64,000 bases of DNA from Torpedo marmorata (lineage: Eukaryota), in contig OZ360227.1 of the NCBI GenBank assembly GCA_977017645.1, positions 59,210,001 to 59,274,000 of the forward strand, given 5' to 3'. Both the position numbers and the translations under genes were made by a program. How positions within the stretch are numbered: the stretch's first letter is position 1; every line of letters starts with the position of its first letter. A model generated the notes under the pieces. The model saw nothing but the letters and a program-made list of their open reading frames with translations, was not told where the DNA came from and did not search any database. This document shows positions 58,950 through 64,000 of the stretch, in pieces.

Positions 58950-59560
58950 CTAACAATAGTTGCACCACAGAATTCAATTTAGAGATATTTTAGCTTTTTC
59001 CACGTTGATTGCCAGACGGGCAATTTTATTGAAATGGAAAGATGAGTTATCACCAACACACAGACAGTGGTTACTAGATGTAATGTCCTTTCTGAGTTTG
59101 GAGAAAATTAGATATAATATTAAAGATAGAAAGTTTCAATTTTTAAAGATCTGGGGGCCATTCATTGAATATTATCATGATTGGAAGGATTAACAAAACT
59201 GACTATCCCGGGGACTCTCTGTCCGATGCTTGGAGGTCGCTACAGGATCCATATACTTTTTTACAATATCAAGGTAACCTTGCTTAAAGGGAGGGGTTAG
59301 AATAGATTAGTTATTAGTGTTTCTTTTTTTGTCTTTTTTTTCGTTCTTTTTATTTTATTTTCAAGTGATTTTTTTTAAGATAATTATAAAGAACTAGAGT
59401 TTTAACCTATAGTAAGAATTTAGTTACGACAATTTACTTCGTTTTTTTTATATACATGTATGAATACCAGCTGATTTTTTGAATGTTTTTCTTAATCTTG
59501 TTACTCTGTATACATGTTTATTGTTGAAACTCAATAAAAATATTTTAAAAAGAAAGAAAA
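58950..59560 (+). mobile_element. L1-clade 3' end
   Basis: ARRAILLKWK...W...LEKIRY...F.KIW.PF; AATAAA and A-rich tail. Confidence 0.8.
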
Positions 59561-61619
59561 AGAGATAGTGAACGAACTTGGGATGTTTTCTCTGGAGTGT
59601 TAGAGGCTGAGGGGAGACCAGATAGAATTTTATAAAATGATGAAGCATAGATAAGCTCAACAGTAAGAATAATTTTTTCCACAGTAGAAGTGTCACACTC
59701 GAGAGGACCTGCATTTGAGGTGGAGGTGGGAGTTTGAAGAAAATGTGTGGACCACTTTTTTTTTTTTTTTTTTTTTTTTTAAACACAGGGTGGTAGTGGT
59801 GGAAGCAGGTGCAACAGCAGCATTTAAGAGGCTTCTTGGTGGACACAAATATGCAGGGAATGGTGGGATCTGTATCATGTGCAAGCAGCATGGTGTTAGT
59901 TTCATTTGACATCATGTTCATGGTAAACAGGCCTTCACTGCTCACATGACACTTGCTGCCTTGTTCATTAAAGGAGATGTGCTTGAGCAGGCACAGAAGT
60001 TAGACAACCAAAGTCCACCTCATGGACATACCCTTTCAGTAAAATCCTTACTCATCAGTGGCAGAAGATTTCGACAGGTTAAGAGAAATGGGAACAGCAG
60101 TCGGTTTGGACATTAAATGAGGAAAGGTAACTGACAGGTGCAATGAATATGACAATAAACTCTCAGCTCATAAGTACAACGTTCAGATGCACTAATATTC
60201 TTGCTTGCCACAGCTACACAGATATGTTAAATACACTAACACACAACAGGCATGCATTAAATTACCGCATGAGAAGAAAAAATATAACATAAAAGGCAGG
60301 ACATGGGCACAATGCAGGATGGTAAATGTATTATGTCTGCTCTTGCTTGGAGACATCATATACCCAACAGACCAAAGAATCTCCTTCCGTCCTGCAATTT
60401 TCCATAATCCTATTAGTTATTTAAGTTTGTGTCATGCAAATTATAGCTAATGTACTTTATGAATGATCTCAACATAGTGAATAGTTTAAAAGTAATGTGG
60501 AAGATAAACGAGTGACATATGAATGCCCATCTGGTTTAGATATGTTCCACACCAGGTACTGGACAGGAGCTCGGAGATATGCACCAGGCCTATGGGTGTC
60601 TTGTGGGTCCGCTGTAAAAATGTGTCACGTGCAAACCCAAATGACAGAATACAAGTAAGTTGGGGAGATGGGATCATGATCACATTGGAGTATATTGGCA
60701 GGAGTCCTGAAGGAGACCTGCAGAACAGTTGAGCAGAGGAGGCTTACCAGGGGGTGGTTCTCGTGGGAGTTTGATTTTCTGGTGAGGTTCTCGTACATCG
60801 AGCAGAGCAGCGCAGGAACAAGCCCTTTGCTCATGACTGCTCTGATCATGTTGCCAAATTAAACTAAATCTGCCTGTGCAGGATCCATATCACTGTGTTT
60901 CCTGCACATTTATGTGTGTATCTAGAAGCCTCTTAAATAATCCTATTGAATCTGCTTCCACCACCAATCCTGGCAGCCCGTTCCAGGAACCAAACACTTT
61001 TGGTGTAAAAAAATACTTGCCCCATACATCTCCTTTGAACTATCCCCCTTCTCACCTTAAACTCATAGCCTCTAGTACTAACTGGGCAGAAGACTCTGAC
61101 TGGTTACACTATCTATACCTCCCATAACTTTATAAACATCTGTCAGGTTTCCCCTCTGACACTTCAGAGGAAACAACCCAAGTTTATCCAACCTATCTCC
61201 AGAGCTTTTTAAACTAGGCAGCATCCTGGTAAATCTCTCCTGCAGCGCTAACATGTTGCCTACCTGTTAGTCATTCTGCTGTACAATAATTTCACAGACT
61301 ACACATTTTGTACTTCAGTTATCAAACAAATTACTGGCGTGTATGCTTCACTGGTTAGAATGGTTCACTATTCATTCCTATTGTATAATTAAACAGTACA
61401 GAGTACACTGGGCCTGTGCCAACTTTTGGCAAGAGTTCCCTGTGCCCCTGCTCTTCCCCGAGCCTTGCAACACTGGTCTTTTCAAATATAAGTTCAATTT
61501 CATGTTAGAAGTTACCATTAAATCTGCTTCTCCATCCTTGCAGGGTGAATGTTCGCGATGGCAACATCTAGCTGATCCAGTGTACTTCTTCCCCAATACC
61601 CTGATCCTCGGGGGCTGTT

Positions 61620-62095
61620 TTAAAATAAAAACACAGAAATGCTGGATGAACTCAGCAGGTCACGCAGCGTCCATAGAAGGTAAAGATGTAGTACCGACGT
61701 TTCGGGCCTGAGCCCTTCCACAAGGTATGAGTAAAAAGCTGGCAGGTGACTGTATTAAAAAGGCTGGGGAGAAGGGAGGAATGGGAGGTGGAGGGGTATA
61801 GACCAAAAGTCAAAAGGCGTTAATTGGATATGATAAGAGGACAGGAGAGAGGAAAGTTGATAATTGATTGGAGGAGAGGGGGTTGTTTTTGACTGTGAAA
61901 GGAGACAGGGGAAAAGGGAAGAGAGAGAGGAAAGGAGACATAGGGAAAAATGGGGGTTGCGTGGGGCTAATGGAAAATGGAGACGTCCGATAACGGCCCG
62001 AAACATTGGTTAAATATCTTTACCTCCTGAGATCCTCCACCATTTCTGTGTTTTTACTACAATCACAGCACCGGCAGACTTTCATGTTTCACTCC
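61620..62095. mobile_element. Inverted Penelope terminal fragments
   Basis: Minus copy with hammerhead remnant (~61694-61729), then plus copy starting ggcccgaaacattgg. Confidence 0.75.
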
Positions 62096-62099
62096 TCAG

Positions 62100-62410
62100 A
62101 GCTGTGTGCTCAGCCCGCTCCTGTTCACACCACTGACTCATGACTGCAACACCAGATTCAGCTCCAACAGTCATCAAGTTTGCAAATGACACAACAGTAG
62201 TTGGCCTCATCAGCAACAATGATGAGTCGAACTACAGAGAAGAGATGGAAAATCTCATGAAATGGTGTGAGAATAACAACCTGAATCTCAACGTGGACAT
62301 GACGAAGGAAATAATTGTGGACTTCAGGAGGACCAGAGATGACCACCCTCCACTACACATTAATAGCTCAGTAGTGCAGAGAGTAGAGAGCACCAAGTTC
62401 CTTGGTGCTC
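62100..62410 (+). mobile_element. Rex1-type RT fragment
   Basis: IKFANDTTVVGLI...WCENNNL.LNV..TKE. Confidence 0.8.
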
Positions 62411-64000
62411 TCTACTCTCCCCTAGCCCCCCCCAACCATCTGACTTCCCCAACCCCCCTCCCCCTCCAACCCCACAACACTCCTCCTCCTCCCTCCCCCA
62501 CCTTTCATCTCCACCCTCAGACCTCCCCGACCCGTCACCTCCCCCCAACACACTCCACAACACCGATTCCCACTCTGACTCCTGCTTGGTCTTTACTATC
62601 CCCTCTGACCTTCCCCTCTCTGAGACGGAGCGCTCGGCCCTCAGGAGAGGCCTCACCTTCGTCCCCTTCTGCCCACACCTAAATGAGTTCTGCGCACGCC
62701 ACGATGCCGAACTCTTCTTCCGCCACCTCCGCCTCTGGGATTATTTCCATGACCGTGACTCTCCACCCCCCAACCAAGACCCTTTCTCCCGCTTCAAGCC
62801 TTCTTCCTTCTCCTGGACACCTCGTCCTGGCCAGCTGCCCGCTCTGGACCTTTTTATTTCCAACTGCCGCCGAGACATCAACCGTCTCAACTTTACCACC
62901 CCTATCTCGTATTCTAATCTTACCTCCTCTGAACGCTCTGACCTCCACTCTCTCCGCAACAATACCAACCTCACCATCAAACCCGCAGACAAGGGTGGTG
63001 CTGTTGTGGTCTGGCGCACTGACCTCTACCTTGTTCAGGCCAGACGACAGATCTCAGACACCTCCTCCTATCTACCCCTCCCACAGGACCCCATTACGGC
63101 TCATCAAGCCACTGTCTCCAAAACCACCTCCAACCTCATCACCTCTGGTCACCTCCCCCCCACGGCCACCAACCTCATTGTCTCCAATCCCCACACTGCC
63201 CGTTTCTACCTTCTACCCAAGATACAAAAACCCAACCATCCAGGTAGACCCATTGTTTCTGCCTGCTCTTGCCCCACCGAACTAGTTTCATCTTACCTTG
63301 ACTCTATCTTTTCTCCCCTGGTCCAATCCCTCCCCACCTTCATCCGCGACACCTCACATGCCCTCCATCTCTTCAATGACTTCAGATTCCCCAAACTGGA
63401 CCACCTCATCTTCACGATGGATGTCCAATCCCTTTATACCTCCATCCCCCACACAGAAGGTCTGAAAACACTTCGCTTCTTTCTGGACCAAAGACCCGAC
63501 CAGTCACCCTCTACCACCACCCTCCTCCGCCTGGCAAAATTTGTCCACACTTTAAATAACTTCTCATTTAACTCTTCTCATTTCCTCCAAATTAAAGGAG
63601 TAGCCATGGGTACCCGCATGGGTCCCAGCTACACCTGCCTGTTTGTGGGCTTTGTGGAGCAATCCATGCTACAAGCCTACACAGGGAAGACCCCTCAACT
63701 CTTCCTCCGGTATATCGACAACTACATCGGGGCTGCCTCATGCACCCGCAATGAGCTTGTCAACTTCATCCACTGTGCGGCCAACTTCCAACCCGATCTC
63801 AAATTCACCTGGTCCATCTCCGACACACTCACCCCTTCCTGGATCTCTGTCTCCATCTCGTGAGACGTTTTCAACCGACATATATTACAAACCCTCTAAC
63901 TCCCACAACTACCTTGACTACACTTCCTCACACCCTGTCCCTTGCAAGGATTCCATCCCCTCTCTCAATTTCTCCGTCTCCACCGCATCTGTTCCCAAGA
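62410..64000 (+). mobile_element. Penelope-like (Neptune) element running off the window; ORF 62586-63863
   Basis: Highly similar to 3463-4720 and extends further 5'; RT motif mutated to YIDN; frameshift near 63830. Confidence 0.93.

Noticed and set aside
60540-60660. Possible host exon ending at caa|gtaagt
   Set aside because: Weak acceptor, no recognisable protein in any frame and no partner exons; cannot be supported without RNA data.
63712-63723. YIDN in the second Penelope RT as a natural variant
   Set aside because: The sister copy has YIDD (gac gac), so this is most simply CpG decay in a frameshifted copy.

Overview
This is gene-poor vertebrate DNA made almost entirely of nested transposable elements. 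V-SINE/HE1-like SINEs and CR1/HER1-like LINE tails suggest a cartilaginous fish (inference). I found no host protein-coding gene. Main elements: two Neptune-type Penelope-like elements plus many terminal fragments carrying minimal hammerhead ribozymes; a BEL/Pao LTR element (10534-20428, -) with several nested insertions; a Gmr1-type Gypsy element with integrase upstream of RT (23223-29865, -); two copies of a compact single-ORF, short-LTR Gypsy element (32721-37174 near-intact, 53317-57733 decayed); Rex1/Babar, CR1 and L1 fragments; and hAT, Tc2-like and Harbinger-like MITEs. Best novel lead: the compact Gypsy family has no tRNA primer-binding site. Its 14-nt post-LTR segment is instead perfectly complementary to the LTR segment containing the AATAAA signal, with three compensatory base-pair changes between the two copies. 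This suggests tRNA-independent self-priming and/or occlusion of the 5' poly(A) site. The same family has a YLDN RT motif, and the BEL element shows a parallel self-complementary PBS. Boundaries of old fragments are approximate; all calls were made by eye without database searches.
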